Of a stretch of DNA of 64,000 nt, positions 1 to 14,062 are shown piece after piece (position 1 is the first letter of the stretch; each line of letters begins with the position of its first letter). The DNA is from Takakia lepidozioides. Its lineage: Eukaryota; Plantae; Bryophyta. A model generated the notes under the pieces. That model saw only the letters and a list, made by a program, of their open reading frames with translations. It made no database searches and was not told where the DNA came from. The DNA is taken from assembly GCA_030704615.1 (NCBI GenBank), contig CM060732.1, positions 71,424,001 to 71,488,000 on the forward strand, written 5' to 3'. The translations under genes were made by a program, and so were the position numbers.

Positions 1-2335
1 GAGCCTGCTCTGATCCTCCCAGAGATGTCTGTATCTGGAAAGGACAAGGCTCCATATCCGCCTCCATGAGGCCCAAACCTGCAATAGCAGCTCTGCCCAA
101 CATCAATGGCTGAGCTCCTGAGTCCAACAAGACCCGCAGTGGCCGGTACTTCTTGCTTGCCGGTCCACTCAAAGTGAAAATGCCTCCCTGGTTGTCTAAC
201 AAGACAACTCCAGGTGTCACCATGGCGCGCTCAAAGGCTGGCCTAGCTGGTAGCTCCGTCAACCTGGCAGCTGCAGCTTGCCATGGCGCAGCCGTGGCAG
301 TTTTGCCCCTCAAATCCGAGGATCCCTCTGCCACTACACCTTCCAGTAACTCCGCAGAAGATGAAGTGACCTCCCCACTCTCGCAGAGTGTTGCTACTAG
401 TCTGAACACTGCAGCTGGTCTTACCCCCGGCGTCGCAATCATGGTTGCCGAGAATAGTGGGGCTTGACACATAGAGGTGGCTGCCCCCAATAACACACCG
501 GCTGCACTAGCCTTGGTAGCAGGTGTCAGTGCTGCACGTGTAGCTCTCCCCAATGGCATAGTAACCTCCGCCTCGGTAACAGTCGGGCGAGAACTAGGTG
601 CCATGGATGGCGTCAACACTGTCTCCGCCAATGTGAATGACTGAGGAAGCCTCGCCTGACGGCTTGCCTCCCCACGCTGTGAATCCAATTCCACCTCTGC
701 ACCTCGTGGCTCAGGAACTCGTGCTGCTCCTCGAGTCACGGCTGCAACAGACTCCACCTACACTAGTGGTAGTGTTGCTCCGCACATGAATCCCATGCCT
801 CTCATATCTCCTCCCTCAGGAGCAGGAGGTGGACCATCCCGCCTTGGAGCCGGTACCACCTGAGCTATAGCTATGGCAGCGAGCCTCTGCTCTAGCTGCT
901 GAAGCCGGTTGGCCATGTCTTGGTCAACACCCTGACCTCCGCATCCTTGGCCATGTTGAGCTTGCCCTTGGCCTGCACCTCGTGCCCAACCACCTCGTCC
1001 TCTCTGGGCTGGTCCACCTCGCCCCCGGCCACCATTGTTCCCTTGGAACTAGCCTAGGCGCAACTCAGGGTGCAAGTCATAACACTGGGCATCTCCATGC
1101 CCATACTTGCCACAATGCCCACACTGCAACTGTGCAGGCTGTGCTTGTGCCGGCCTTCTGCCACTCTCTGGGCAATCTCTCTTGACATGGGGTCCTCCAC
1201 ATGTCCAACATATCACCCCTGGTTGCTGTTGGCCTGCAAAAGATGCCACGGGCCTCTGCACCTGAGGTCCCCTGTAAGCTCCATGAAACTTGGGTTGGGC
1301 AACCTTGCCCCCCTGACCACGCTGTTGGGCAGTCCCTTGTACCTGTTGGCTGGCAGCTGCACCTCGTGCAAGCATGTCCTTGCCAAATCCAATGGTAACA
1401 ACTCGCTCCTCCACCATGTTGAGCTCAATCCGCTCAGCCAGCAAAAACACATCCGCTAATGTGGGTTGGGCCGCTTGTAACAGGGTTGCATCCCGCACCC
1501 TTCTCTTGAGCTCATTGTCCAAAATTCCATACCAGAACTGGACTGCCTGAGCTTCAGTAACCCCTTGGATCACACTTATCAAGCGCCTCATACGAGTGTA
1601 GGCCTCTCGCAAGCTCTCACTGGATTTGCGCTGGAAGTCTTGCAAACTTCGCAGCTTCTCTGTCCGTACACCTTGGTAGTTCCTCCGCAACTCCTGGAAG
1701 AACTCCACCACCGGGTTGAATCTAGGCACATGTGTTGTAATTGTGGCAGGAGGAGTAGTAGCACCTTTTGAACTAGTACCACCTGCAGAAGTGCCGGCAC
1801 TACTTGTTCCACTACTAGTGCTTGTAGTTGGAGATGTTTGTGTAGCTGCTGGTGTCACCGCTGCCCTTGTGCCTCTAGTGATTGAGACATAGTTAGGTGA
1901 CCAATACTCTCGCCACTCCTCAATCTCCACCGCATGTCCCCGCCTAAATTCATGGTAATCATCCATGGGCGGCCCCTCAAGGTGCTGGAATAGCCCCTTC
2001 CACGCCATAAAGGGCGTAAACAATTGTGGATTGCGCATTTGGTGCAAATCACACCAATTGTCAAACTCTTGTATAAAGTCATCAAGCTCGATGGTGCCCA
2101 CAGCTCTAGAGTACCTACGTGGCCCCTTGGTAGCTCCATACATCTCCTCCATCGTGTCCCACAACAATGGCACGGAAATGACTTGCACCCTCGGCGAGAA
2201 TCCTCCTGACTCCGAGTCTGAACCTTCCTCAGAAGATACTGAAGGTGAAAGTGGCCTAAACCGCACACCTTGTCTTGTGTACCCACTAGTATCGCTGGTG
2301 CTTGTACCGGCACTCCCCTCAGCAGCTGGTGGCAC
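1..2335 (-). pseudogene. Retrotransposon gag-aspartic protease, interrupted by in-frame stops
   Basis: ORF 1049..2335 has a gag core and the zinc knuckles CWTCGGPHVKRDC and CGHCGKYGHGDAQC. Reading through TAG at 1049-1051 and 758-760 in the same frame gives an RGG-rich linker and then RVLLDSGAQPLMLG (D-S-G retropepsin active site) at about 95-135. Confidence 0.9.
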
Positions 2336-3010
2336 CTCTGTGATGAAAACTCACAACCCAACCGGTTGTCAACCTGTCTCTAATCCCCACTTTCTACAAG
2401 GTACCGGGTAAAGAACCTGTTGCGGCTACTGGTTCAAGCAGGAATAATAGGTTTCTAACGTAGACCTGTACCTGCACCTGCATCCACCGCAAGCACTCCT
2501 ATGGTCTGCTGGTCATCAACCCAGCCTCACCATAGAAGAAACACTGGTGTCTTGCTGGTCATCACTCCAGCCTCACCACCGACAGCATACTCTAGGATTG
2601 GCCGGTGATCAAATCCGGACCAACCTCCTATGAAAACAAGCGCCCACACAAAGCTAACATGGCGCACAGTCAAGCATGCAGGTGTGGAGGGGATCCAAAC
2701 ACAAGAAAATCAAGACAGCAACTCCCCCACACCAAAAACACTCCACAGTGTCGTTCCTGCAAGGACACCCCAGCCCAAACCCGGACTAACTCTTGCCTCC
2801 ACCTACGGAAAGGTTTTGGCCTACAGAGAGGGTGAAAGACTATGGAGAAGAGAAACTAAAGCAATTCCTAACCCCAGAATGCTCTCATCCCACCACTCTC
2901 CCTCCTGTCTCTATCCACTCGCTTGTATGGCCGTGGCAAGTATCCTTCAATATCAATCAATCAATCCTTCAAGAGCTCTTCAACATTGTCCACCAAAGCT
3001 CCTCGAAGGG

Positions 3011-3120
3011 TCCTCCAAGGACCCCAAAGATCCTCCAAACACTCCTCTAAGGACCCCAAAGATCCTCCAAATACTCCTCCAAGGGCCCTCAAATATCTTC
3101 CAAACAATCCTCCAAAGGCC
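3011..3120. repeat. ~33-bp tandem repeat (3-4 copies) in the retroelement LTR/UTR
   Basis: Repeated unit approximately TCCTCCAAGGACCCCAAAGATCCTCCAAACAC. Confidence 0.75.
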
Positions 3121-3149
3121 CTTAAATTTCACTAAGTCCTTTCACTGTT

Positions 3150-3635
3150 GATACCTTAACAGAGGTATAGTCTGAGGTTGCTAGGGTCCCTTATGTTGAT
3201 AATACCTTTACAGAGGTATAGTCTGAAAATGAGGGTTCTGTTTGGTATACTAACAGAAGTATAGTCTGAGCTGATAAGGGTCCACATATGGTGATACCTC
3301 AACAGAGGTATTGTAAAAGGGACAAGCTCTTGTTTGGTATACTAACAGAGGTATAGTCTGAGCTGATTAGGGTCCACATATGGTGATACCTCAACAGAGG
3401 TATAGTAAAAGGGACAAGCTCATGTTTGGTATACTAACAGAGGTATAGTCTGAACTGATTAGGGTTCACATATGGTGATACCTCAATAGAGGTATAGTAA
3501 AATGGACAAGCTCTTATTTGGTATACTAACAGAGGTATAGTCTCACATTAGGGTTCACATATGGTGATACCTCAACAGAGGTATAGTCAAAGGGACAAGC
3601 TCCTGTTTGGTATACTAACAGAGGTATAGTCTGAG
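3150..3635. repeat. Higher-order tandem array: 11 copies of core AACAGAGGTATAGT in alternating A/B units (92-bp dimer period)
   Basis: Cores near 3158, 3209, 3252, 3301, 3344, 3393, 3436, 3485, 3528, 3574 and 3617. B units contain the inverted repeat ATACCTC-AACA-GAGGTAT. Confidence 0.92.
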
Positions 3636-5360
3636 CATATACTACTAGGGTTTGTAATGAAGAGCTAGAATGCAAGTCCTTGACTGCTTCTACTCAAGCA
3701 AAAATATGGTCTCTAGGTGGTCATAAGAGGCATCTTCTTGCTCTCTTCCACCCCAATGTGCAACCAAGAGTGGTCCAACTCAACTTGCAAGTCATTGTCC
3801 ACCAAATCAATCCCCCTTCTAGTCCTTGGGATTTGATTGCAAACTACCATATCTCCATTGCCGAGCAATCATGCATTTGTCTCCTCATCACTTGACAATT
3901 GCTCCAAATCAACACAAATTATCTCAATGTGTAGGAGCAATGCTTGTCACTTACAATAATGCTCCCAAGCAATCCGCCTTGGATCCCACTCTCACGCCAT
4001 ATGCCTCATTTGGGGTCTTGCACCAATCCATCATCCATGTGCTCCCCGTGGTCATTTGAATGCATGTTTCATGACCTCTTGGCCTATGTGTTGCTATCCT
4101 TCATCATAACATGAATCAACACCTCTCCACTTCACACACAAATGGATCTCAAAGGCCTTCACCTCTTGCTAGTTCAAGAGCTCCCCTTCTCAAACTTGAA
4201 CTTACAAACTCAAGCGAGCATGCTCCACACATGCACCACTTGCTTGGTCAACTATCCACCACAAAGCTCGCACTACCAAGAGCATGAATAGCCAAGTATT
4301 GCCTTCCTCTCTTGTCACATTACATAGTTAGGGTGAAGCTATGCATACATTGAATGATGATTTCCCTTCAAGGATTTCCTACCACATGTTCTCCAAGCCC
4401 TTCCAATGGCACCCTAAGCTTGGCTCCACACCACCATGATTGGAAGATTTCTTCACATGCTCCCTTTCAAAACCTCTTGAGCTTCTTAGTGCTCTACAAG
4501 TGCTTGCCCTTGTTGTCTTCAAGCCCAAGCATATATAGCTCCTTGGCTTCTCTTCCACAACATCCACACTTTGAACTTGCTTAACCCTAGCTTGATAATG
4601 AAATGAGCACTAACAAGCCTTTAGTCACTCTCCACAAGCCATGGCGCATACCATCGACTCCATAATGCATACAAAGGATTCTCAAACCCTAGAATCAATG
4701 CTTCCACACACACAAGACTTCCTCCTTACAATCCTTGCAAAATCTTGTGACTCAAGAGTTTTCTTCTCAAGCTCTCCAACTCCTTGGTGCATGCAATACT
4801 CGAGCACCTTTCCTTGCAACCCCTTGCAAGCCTTGTGATACGGGAGCTAAATTCTCCTAGCTCTCAACCTCTTTAAAATACAAGTGCAAAACTAATCATT
4901 ATACTCCGCACTCACAAGCATAAGGTGATCTGCTTGTAGTGATAAGAGATGAGAAATGTGAGAAGTAGAAGACAATGAAAGCTCTCAAAGCATGAAGCAA
5001 TCACATGAAGAACAAGCCCTAGTCCTTCCAAGTGAAATCCACTCTATCACATAAACTAAGTCAAGCCAAGGGCACCTTTGCTAAAGGAATCCACCCTACA
5101 AAGCCCTCAACACACTCCCTCTCAATACCTAGAGCTATGGAGGTGAGAGAAGCTCATGGAGGCTCAACTACAAGAAGATGAGCCTCCTCAACACTCACAA
5201 GGGGAAAACCTATCTCCATGTCTCAAGTGAGGCTCGACACCTCACTTGGCATGTGAGACCAAATAAAGTCCCAACACACAAAATATAAATATAAATATCT
5301 AAAATGTCCTAGTTAACTAGAAGTAGGTAATTCTAGATAACCATGACTAAAACCATGACA

Positions 5361-6590
5361 AGAGAGACCTAGGTGCAGTTGATGTAGGATCCATGCTCTC
5401 ATGTCGTTACTAAGATGAGGTGAGATAGCATGCCGCGACTTCTCATAGGAAGGCCCGTGAACAGGAACACCATGTCTATTGACGTGGTTCTTCTGGTAGT
5501 ACACCAACATAGCGATTCCGGGATCAGGATAACACTATTTTACTATGAATCGACATGTACAACCTCGTTTGATGCCCTCCCCTCCTTTCTTCCCTGTTAT
5601 TCTTCTTTGCTTTGGTTTCGGTTCGGCCGTTCCAGACGTAGACGTAGTTGACATCTGTTGTTGTGGGTTTTTTGGAGGAGGTCGTTTCCATTTTTGGGCC
5701 GCCTATCTTTTTTGATCTGCATAACGGCCTTGGAATGGTTTGTAGGACTGTAAGAGCAATGGTACCTGAAGCATAAACGAGAGAAACGACAGAGGTTCAA
5801 AGACATGCATTGTTCACATGCACGAACCATTGCAAAAATACGTGAAAGGACTGTAGATAATCACCTTGTCATTTGCAAGCAGCTGCTGAATCCGTGGAGC
5901 ATGCAGGGCACCTTCATGGGTGACAGATTGCCATTGTTTGGTGAACTTACAAGGGGCATCTGAGCGAGCCGACTCTCCTGCAATGAAGTCATCAACCTGA
6001 TCCCATGGAACGAACGCGACATCGGCTGTCCTATAGCCAGGTGCACCTCCATGCCATTGGGACCTCCACGCCAATACATGGTGTGTGAACGTGCCTGGGG
6101 AAGGGGTCTGCACGGCAATTCGCAATTCTGCGACCAAGTGAGGAACAACAACATCTGGCAATGGGGCAGTGGCCATGCTTGCAGTACACGAGAGTGCAAT
6201 GGTTCGAAATGGAAGCAGAACGCACGTATTTGGAAGCATAATGCTATACAAGACGGTGAGATGCAAAATTCCAATTTTTCACCTCAATGTACAGATGTCA
6301 GGGCGGGAACAACCGCAACCTTCTTGCATTTTCAATTTTGAAATTTGAATTTCAAATACCTAGGCATGTGCAGTTCATGTGTGGGTTGGACATGGATGGG
6401 GTGGATGCATGGATATGAGGATGCATGCATGCATGTGGACTGCATGGGTTTTGGGGATCATGTAATTCGGCCATTCATGTATTGAACCGCGGGTCGGCGA
6501 AGTGACCGCGGAGGGTGGGTCGCCTAAGGGAGGCCCGGGTGGGCCATCGTTGGGGGACCCACACAGGGCTGTCAGGGCAATCAACTCCCC
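5361..6590 (-). mobile_element. MULE/SWIM-type (Mutator-like) transposase 5' fragment, truncated by the LTR element
   Basis: Translation gives AFVPWDQVDDFIAGES..APCKF, then YHCSYSP, then RGCTCRFIVK*CYPDPGIAMLVYYQKNHVNRHGVPVHGP..ISPHLSNDMRAWILHQLHLGLS. This matches the N-terminus of plant SWIM-zinc-finger MULE-derived proteins as I recall them. A G-rich putative terminus GGGGAGTTGATTGCC starts at 6590 (minus). Confidence 0.72.
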
Positions 6591-7347
6591 GGGCACTTCT
6601 ATTACTTGGCTTTGCACCTGTGCTTCCTTTCATGTATATCGGTCTGTGTACTATTGGATGTTGTGTTCAAGGTGTTCATCTCTATCATGTCTTGTGTTCA
6701 ATATCGTGTTCAATCTCTGGGCTCCTCCGCGGGTATCTTTCTATTTTTCGCAAAGTCAAGCTTTTCCAAAACTACCACACCTGCCGTAGAGGATAGAAGA
6801 ATCTCCACCCAAACGCACAATGCACCATGACACCAAGGTGGTGTATTTATAAGACTCATGAGACTCGGAGCTTTGCTTTCCTTTTAAAAGAAACAGAAAA
6901 GGAGAGGGTGTCATATAAGTTGGATTACCAAGAGTCATTATGGACACTCGTGGTAAACACAGTGAGCCTCATGCAAACCTATTCAAGGGGAGTGCAAATT
7001 ATGCATCTTCAAATACTAGTCCAGTCTCCTCCAAAACACTTGGTCACTTTCAAGCTCTTCAGACTGACAAAATGAGAACAAAAAACCTTTCATCAACCAA
7101 GAAACAGTAGAGATCAAAACACTTCACTTCGTATGCCAATACACATTTACCACCCTGCACAGAGTGGATCAGAGTGCAGACAACTACTGAATCAGGATGC
7201 CATCACCTACTCTCTTACGTGGAACCTTTTACTCTGGAAAAAGATCCCCTTGTGCGCCAACATACTGTACTGACCTAGCTTATTAGACACTTCCGCGCCT
7301 AATAATTAACAAATGTATGGTTACATGCGAGCCCTACCCTGACATAG

Positions 7348-8790
7348 TTATGAATTGGTTGTGAAATGATTAACATAATCTGGGAGTTTAAATGTGAGGT
7401 AAATTGGTTTGTGGTTGGTCCAGTATGCTTATTTTGTTTCGGATAAAGATTGTTGTGTAGGTGCATTAATCCATATATGATCTAATTGAGAATTGTAAGT
7501 TGTTGTAGATTCGTTGAATGTTATAAGATGAAAATGATGACTTGTCATGAATGAACGAAGTGATTTAGATTCGTTGTTAGGTTTACAAAGGTTGATATTA
7601 AAATCTCCTATAGACATTGTTGGGCAAAATTTTGGTGCTTTATCATATAAATTTTGTAATACATGTAAAATGTTATGAAGGGAAAATAAAGGAGGTTTAT
7701 ATATTGCAATTACATGTATTGCTCTACGAGAATTCACATTGAAAGTTGCAGCAATCGAGTTTCATTTAAACATAATATATGATATGTTCGCAGATTATAA
7801 TCGTTCATCATGTCACGATAATGGCTGTGCATTGAACGTGTATTCAGTGATTGTATGATTAGATGTGTACGATATAGGTGTTGTAAATTTAATGTCGATA
7901 ATTTTCATTTTACTATTGTTTGTAGTCTGTGTATTTCTTCACGTATGTTATCTTTACATGTTGTCTTGTAAATGAGGTAAGAGATATAAATTTTGTCTTT
8001 CTTTATACGAATGCTGTGTATGTTAGTCCGTGTCTATTTACATTTGTCGGATCAAATGCAAGACGATCCATGGTTAATCCTTGTGCTCTATGTATAGTAC
8101 GTGATGCTTTAAGTTGAATAGGGAATTGAGTACGAGTTATTACATGGTCGGGATTATCTGTAAATTGAATTTCTTTGGTTTTGGCTGCAATCGGAGTCCA
8201 AGATTTGCATATGTCAATGTCACTTTGATACAAGTGCGAATATGAGGCTCGTGTTTCACATCCTATTTGTTCATTAGAAAAATATAACCAGATCAATGGT
8301 GCAATGGTGAAGTTGTGCTAATTTTGAAAATTCCCTCAGCTCCATTTACTAAGCCATCTTAGATATTGTACTTGCGTCCACATAACTCCACTAACATATT
8401 GGGTTTAACGCGTACAAATGTATGCAAGCCTGCAGTTTTATTTGCGTCTAAAGGAGCTTTGATGTACGAAGGGTCTATTGCTTTGAATGAAAAAACTTGA
8501 CCTTCTTTTTATTGAAAACAATTTCATTATGTGCTTTGAGTACGTGCATTTGTGTAAAATAAATGAGGAAGTGTTAGATCTGATGGCGGTGGTCTATGAC
8601 AAACATCATTCATGTTCTTAATGTCGTCAGCGATGTGTGTTGTTGTCCTGAATCGACTTAAAATGTTTGATCACTTTGTCTCATGACTTGTGTTAAGTAA
8701 CGTTACATATATTAGTGGTGTCTTCTTCTATTTTGAGTATCCAAGCGTCTCTGACTGGAAGAACTTGATAAAATTCACCAACGCACATGA
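7348..8790 (-). mobile_element. Decayed Helitron-like element: PIF1 helicase followed by AP-endonuclease domain (Helentron/Helitron2 type)
   Basis: Helicase motifs IMCVGEFYQVLPV, LTQVMRQ, DGLVNGAEG and RTQFPIQLKASRTIHRAQGLTMD..HGLTYTA. Downstream EEP/APE motifs VIAIYKPP, IGDFNINL, TTTYNSQLDHIW and AYWTNHKPIY. Several stops and frameshifts; AT-rich. Confidence 0.85.
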
Positions 8791-9129
8791 TTGTCACTTT
8801 CAATGTAGGCGAATGCACATTCGCCATCAGCTCTTCAGAGTTATAGTAACCGTACTGTAACCATCTTCATCAGTGACATCACAATGTAGAAAGAGCGGCC
8901 CGTTCGTCCTTCTGTACCTCTATCAAAAGACCTGTACCGATTGAGGATATGACCTTCGAATACACCTCCTTGCAGATTGAGAGCCAAACTGTCAATTGTA
9001 GTAACTCTAGGCTCACCATCTCTTTTCATTCTAATGCATGGAAATGTACTGTCAACATGATTACAACAAACTGTTATTCCCTCTCTAAGCTCTCCCTATT
9101 TATACTCAAGATCTATGGCAGAATTACCT

Positions 9130-9600
9130 GAGATGACTATGACATAATTAGATACTGAACTTGATTTATCTCCAACTGACACTGTAACTTGAGTCATTAT
9201 TAACTGAAACTAACTTAAAATAAATAAACAAAATTAATTGAGATAATTATAGCATAAATGCATGCTGAACTTGAATTATCTCCAGTTGTTATTCTCGTAC
9301 TATGATTTGAGGCTCAGATAACTATAGCATAACTGGATGCTTAGTTATTTGCAGTTGCTATTCTGCCACTATAACAAGTCACTCCTAATTCAAGCTAACT
9401 TAAGGAAACTAAGCAAAATTAGATAAGATAACTATAGCATAACTAGATGCTGAAATATCTCTGACCGCTATTTCTGGTACTTCAGTCAGAGTTAATTGAA
9501 ACTTTTATGTTAATTGAGCAAAATTAACTGAGATAACTATAGCATAATTGGATACTCTATTTGAGTTATCTCTATATGATATTTTGATACTATGACATTA
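9130..9600. repeat. Degenerate tandem repeat (~75-110 bp, ~5 copies)
   Basis: Recurring core GAGATAACTATAGCATAA(C/T)T(A/G)GAT(G/A)CT near 9130, 9240, 9316, 9426 and 9530. Confidence 0.7.
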
Positions 9601-10525
9601 TTTGTATACTCCATGTACTCAATATAAAACTTGGATACATAATCAGTCGTGGATCATTTGAATTCAGATCTTTTAAATGTTGAATGACATGGTGCCGTAA
9701 TATTAGGGAATACATCTCATTTAACCAATCGTATCGGAAAAATAAGTTTCTTATTACTTGAGAAAATTTATTGTGTCATATAGAAAACAATTCTGGAAAA
9801 CTAAAACAATGTCTATGATTTGTTATTGAAACTGTGGATTTTATATATTTATATTATTACTGTATTAAAATTATAACATAGACAAACGACAACAGAAATT
9901 GATAAATAAATTTAATACGTAATCATTTATGAGCTTTTGCTTTGTCACTTCGGCAAATGCCAAGTGACCTTTGCTGATGGCTTATTGCTGATGGCTGATG
10001 TCAGATTGCTTATGGTTGATGGCAAGAACTTGAATGATCAATGTGTGTCAAGAAGCATTTTCACCAAGCCTTACATGGGGATTTCTACCCAACCTCTCTA
10101 TCAGCTGAGTGCGGAGGTGGTGCCTTTTGGCTGCCACGTCCTCTAAAACTCCCGGTGCTTGCATGCCAGGTTGCCAAAATACGTAAGATATGGATGCTTC
10201 TCTGCCACCAATTATCTGCCCAACTCCACATAAGCATTTCTTTGTTGAAAAGTCATGGTGTGAAGCCACAAAAAAATACTTTTAGGGCTTAGACTTACAG
10301 TGAATTGATAAGTGGTCCACATATGTGAAGTGTTCAAGTAAACAGACCTATTTCCAGACTTGGGAACACTCTATGTTATGTCACTGTAAGTCATATGCCT
10401 TCTGATAGAATTCAGAGATAAAAATAGACTAGTAAAATCTTGAATCCCAAGACTTTCCCAAGCGACAAACTAAATCCACAAGATCCAAGGCTATTTTACT
10501 GGTCTACAATGTCAGATGATCATAC

Positions 10526-11335
<810 letters not shown>

Positions 11336-11673
11336 TCATTTGATGAAAACCCTTGACAACAAGAAAACTTCGAAAGTGCGTGGTGATACTATGCACCTGC
11401 AGAACTAATGGAGCAGGGCCATACAGTCTGCGTGTCGAGATCAAGCTGTTGTGATTGCCGTATAATCGAGTGAAAAATATATGTTTTTTTAAAGAGAAAT
11501 TTACCTTTTTGAGGGAGGTAAAAAACAATTGTTGAGGTAATATCTATTTTCAAGACCATTATGTTTCTTTACAAGAAAATTACCTCAACAATAGTTTTTG
11601 AGGGAGATAAAAAATAATTGTTCATTATTATCCAGGGTCGACTATAATACATGCCTAATGTTTGGGAAATTAC

Positions 11674-12558
11674 CAGTGTTGGGCGGTTACCCGCCTGGGC
11701 CCGGGTAACCGCCGGTTCCGGTTCCGGTTATGCGGAACCGGACCGGAACCGGACCTGCCTGTGCAGAACCGGAACCGGAACCGGAACCGCTCATTGGGGA
11801 TTGTGTTGGAACCGGAACCGGCGGTTCCAGCTACGACCACATGTGTGGGAACCGGCGGTTCCAGCTCCAAAGCGGTTCCGGTTCCGGTTCCGGTCCACCC
11901 GTGGGCTGTAGCCCTAAATGTCTCGAGTACCTACCAAAGCGCTTCTAAGTCCGGTTCTTGGTTCTTGACCCCTTGGTGGGGCTGGTGGGCCCAGGGAAAA
12001 ACTTATTTAATGCTCTTAAGCTCCTGAGATCCTGGGTTCAATGCTTGAAGGCCATGAGATTCTATGTTCAATGCTTCAGCGCCATGAGACCTTCGGTTCA
12101 ATCTCCAGCTCCATGATATCCTGGCTAAGTTCATTAATAAAATGTTTGAAGATGCCAATACTTGCCAGGTAGCTGAATAGTACTTTCAACCCATAAAATT
12201 TTACCCATTTTCTTCTACCAGTTTATTTAGAGTATTTTTGTTTGTTTTTTTGTGTTAGTGAAAACTAACAAAATCGTTGGATTTTAGTTCAAATATGTGA
12301 ATACACTGCTATTTAATCTACCGGACTGATAAAATATTTTAAATCTAATTAAATTAAACAAATATATTTTTAAAATAGAACCAGAACCTAACCGGAACCG
12401 ATGGTTTTTATCAGCAACTAACCGGTAACCGGAACCGCCCCCATGTTTAAAAGTTGGATCCGGAACCGGACCGGAACCGGATCCGGAACCGTCTCTTGAA
12501 ATAATTTTGGAACCGGAACCGAAGGTTCCTTCACAAATGCAAGAACCGCCCAACACTT
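11674..12558. mobile_element. Non-autonomous hAT element (885 bp) with GGAACC/GGTTCC subterminal arrays
   Basis: TIR CAGTGTTGGGCGGTT (11674-11688) / AACCGCCCAACACTT (12544-12558; terminal base mismatched). Perfect 8-bp TSD GAAATTAC at 11666-11673 and 12559-12566. Dense CCGGAA/TTCCGG hexamers at both ends. Confidence 0.93.
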
Positions 12559-14062
12559 GAAATTACCTAGGCGAGGTGCCATAAAAACGAATCTGCCTAA
12601 TAATATTCCATTTTTATTGGCTCTGCCCTCATGCAGAAACTATACAATTGGTTTCTCCCGCTTGTCATGGGACCAACTTTTCGAGGGACCAATGTTTTTG
12701 TTGGATGACATGACAATGATTGTCATCCATTGTGAGTTCTATTCCGGAAGGGTCTAGGGTTTGATTGCAAGGATTGGATAATGTTTGATATGTGATTGAG
12801 ATCAGCCGATGTCTTGCAAACATGCATATCGAGGATGCTGATGTTCCTGACCTTAACATTCTCTCAGATTCAGAAGATTCACATGAGATAGGTGATGAGA
12901 CTTATCAAGATTCAGTTGCATCAATGCAGGGCCCTTTGGAAGTTGTGTGGACATGAAAATATAAATTGCATGCATTTTTTTCCTTTTTTGGACTTTAAAT
13001 AATACAATTTAGACATTTTTTCCACATATTTGAACATTTTGGTGTTTTTCACAATATTTGAGCAATTAGGCACTTCTCAGGAAATGTTCTCCAAGATTTA
13101 ATTAGGCACTTGATTTTAAATTAATTATTGCCTAATAAGCTAGGTCAGTACGGTAGATGGCGACATCTTCCAGCACACTAGAAACAGAAGAATCAGACGT
13201 CAACTTACTTCAGTGCACAAGTCACTTGAAAGATAACCACCAAGGACAACCAATAAAGTCAAAGCACAGTCAGAGCCTAGTCATAGCCCAACATAGACTG
13301 GCAAACAACACCTCAAATATTTACTCAGATATGCAAATTACTCCCACCAGGGAGTTCTACACATCAGTCCAATCCAAGTTTTTTGTAATGGACACGGCTT
13401 ACTCTTTCTCCGCTTATTGCTAAGAACTAATCTATGAAGCAAACAAAATTTTGCTCTTTTTGAAAGAAAAGCTGAGGTTCAAAATGGACCATGGATCGTT
13501 CTATGGTGGCTGATGGCATGAAACACCTTCTCTAATCCCCACTTTCAGAACTTACAATTAAGCTCTGATGCCAGGCAAGCCCTTGAAATTGAGCAGCAAG
13601 GCAGGCCATGAGCCTCTTTCTAAATGCTAAAACTGAGCCGCAAAGCATGCCGAGAGCCCCAGTCCTAAGTGCGTATTCCAATATATAACAGACAAATTAT
13701 ATGACATAGCACAGATCAACTAGGAGGAGGTACAAAACACTTCAGCTTGGACATTCCCCCTCGCATCTCTTCCTTTTGTTAAATGAAGATGTGATCAGCT
13801 CCCCATGAAAGTGCACACACATCCAGTCAGCTGTGCACAAATTAGGGAGATCCAAGACCCCAGTCTCCTTGCCTTGTATCAGGCAGTCAGTGAGTTTGGG
13901 CCCAATCCAACAGCACATATGCTTCTGCAAAGTTCTTCAGATCATGAATCCTTGTCAAACCATCCTGAAAATGCTGGTGAATCTTTGGTTTCTGAGTCAG
14001 TGACGTGTTGGTTAGTACCATGCATTTGAATCGATAGAAAAACAGGTTGCTAGAATGTAAGC

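Larger units (their letters stand above)
1..5360 (-). mobile_element. Ty3/Gypsy-like LTR retrotransposon, 5' part (LTR/UTR + gag + protease); runs off the left window edge
   Basis: On the minus strand the element starts TGTCATGG at 5360, exactly where an unrelated MULE-like reading frame is cut. The gag ORF has two CCHC knuckles, followed in frame by a protease motif. The 3' boundary of the LTR and the PBS were not resolved. Gypsy rather than Copia is inferred from gag/protease style, because RT and IN are outside the window. Confidence 0.8.

Noticed and set aside
2339-2760. 3' end of the 5' LTR and primer-binding site
   Set aside because: Two candidate CA ends (2339 and 2749), but neither is followed by a canonical TGG PBS, and the second LTR is outside the window.
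3150-3635. CRISPR-like repeat-spacer array
   Set aside because: The 'spacers' alternate between two recurring sequences rather than being unique, there are no cas genes, and the context is a eukaryotic retroelement. No hammerhead core (CUGANGA..GAAA) was found either.
11651-12556. ORFs with RNRNR / GSGSG / EPEPE repeats
   Set aside because: Translations of the GGAACC subterminal arrays of the hAT MITE, not proteins.
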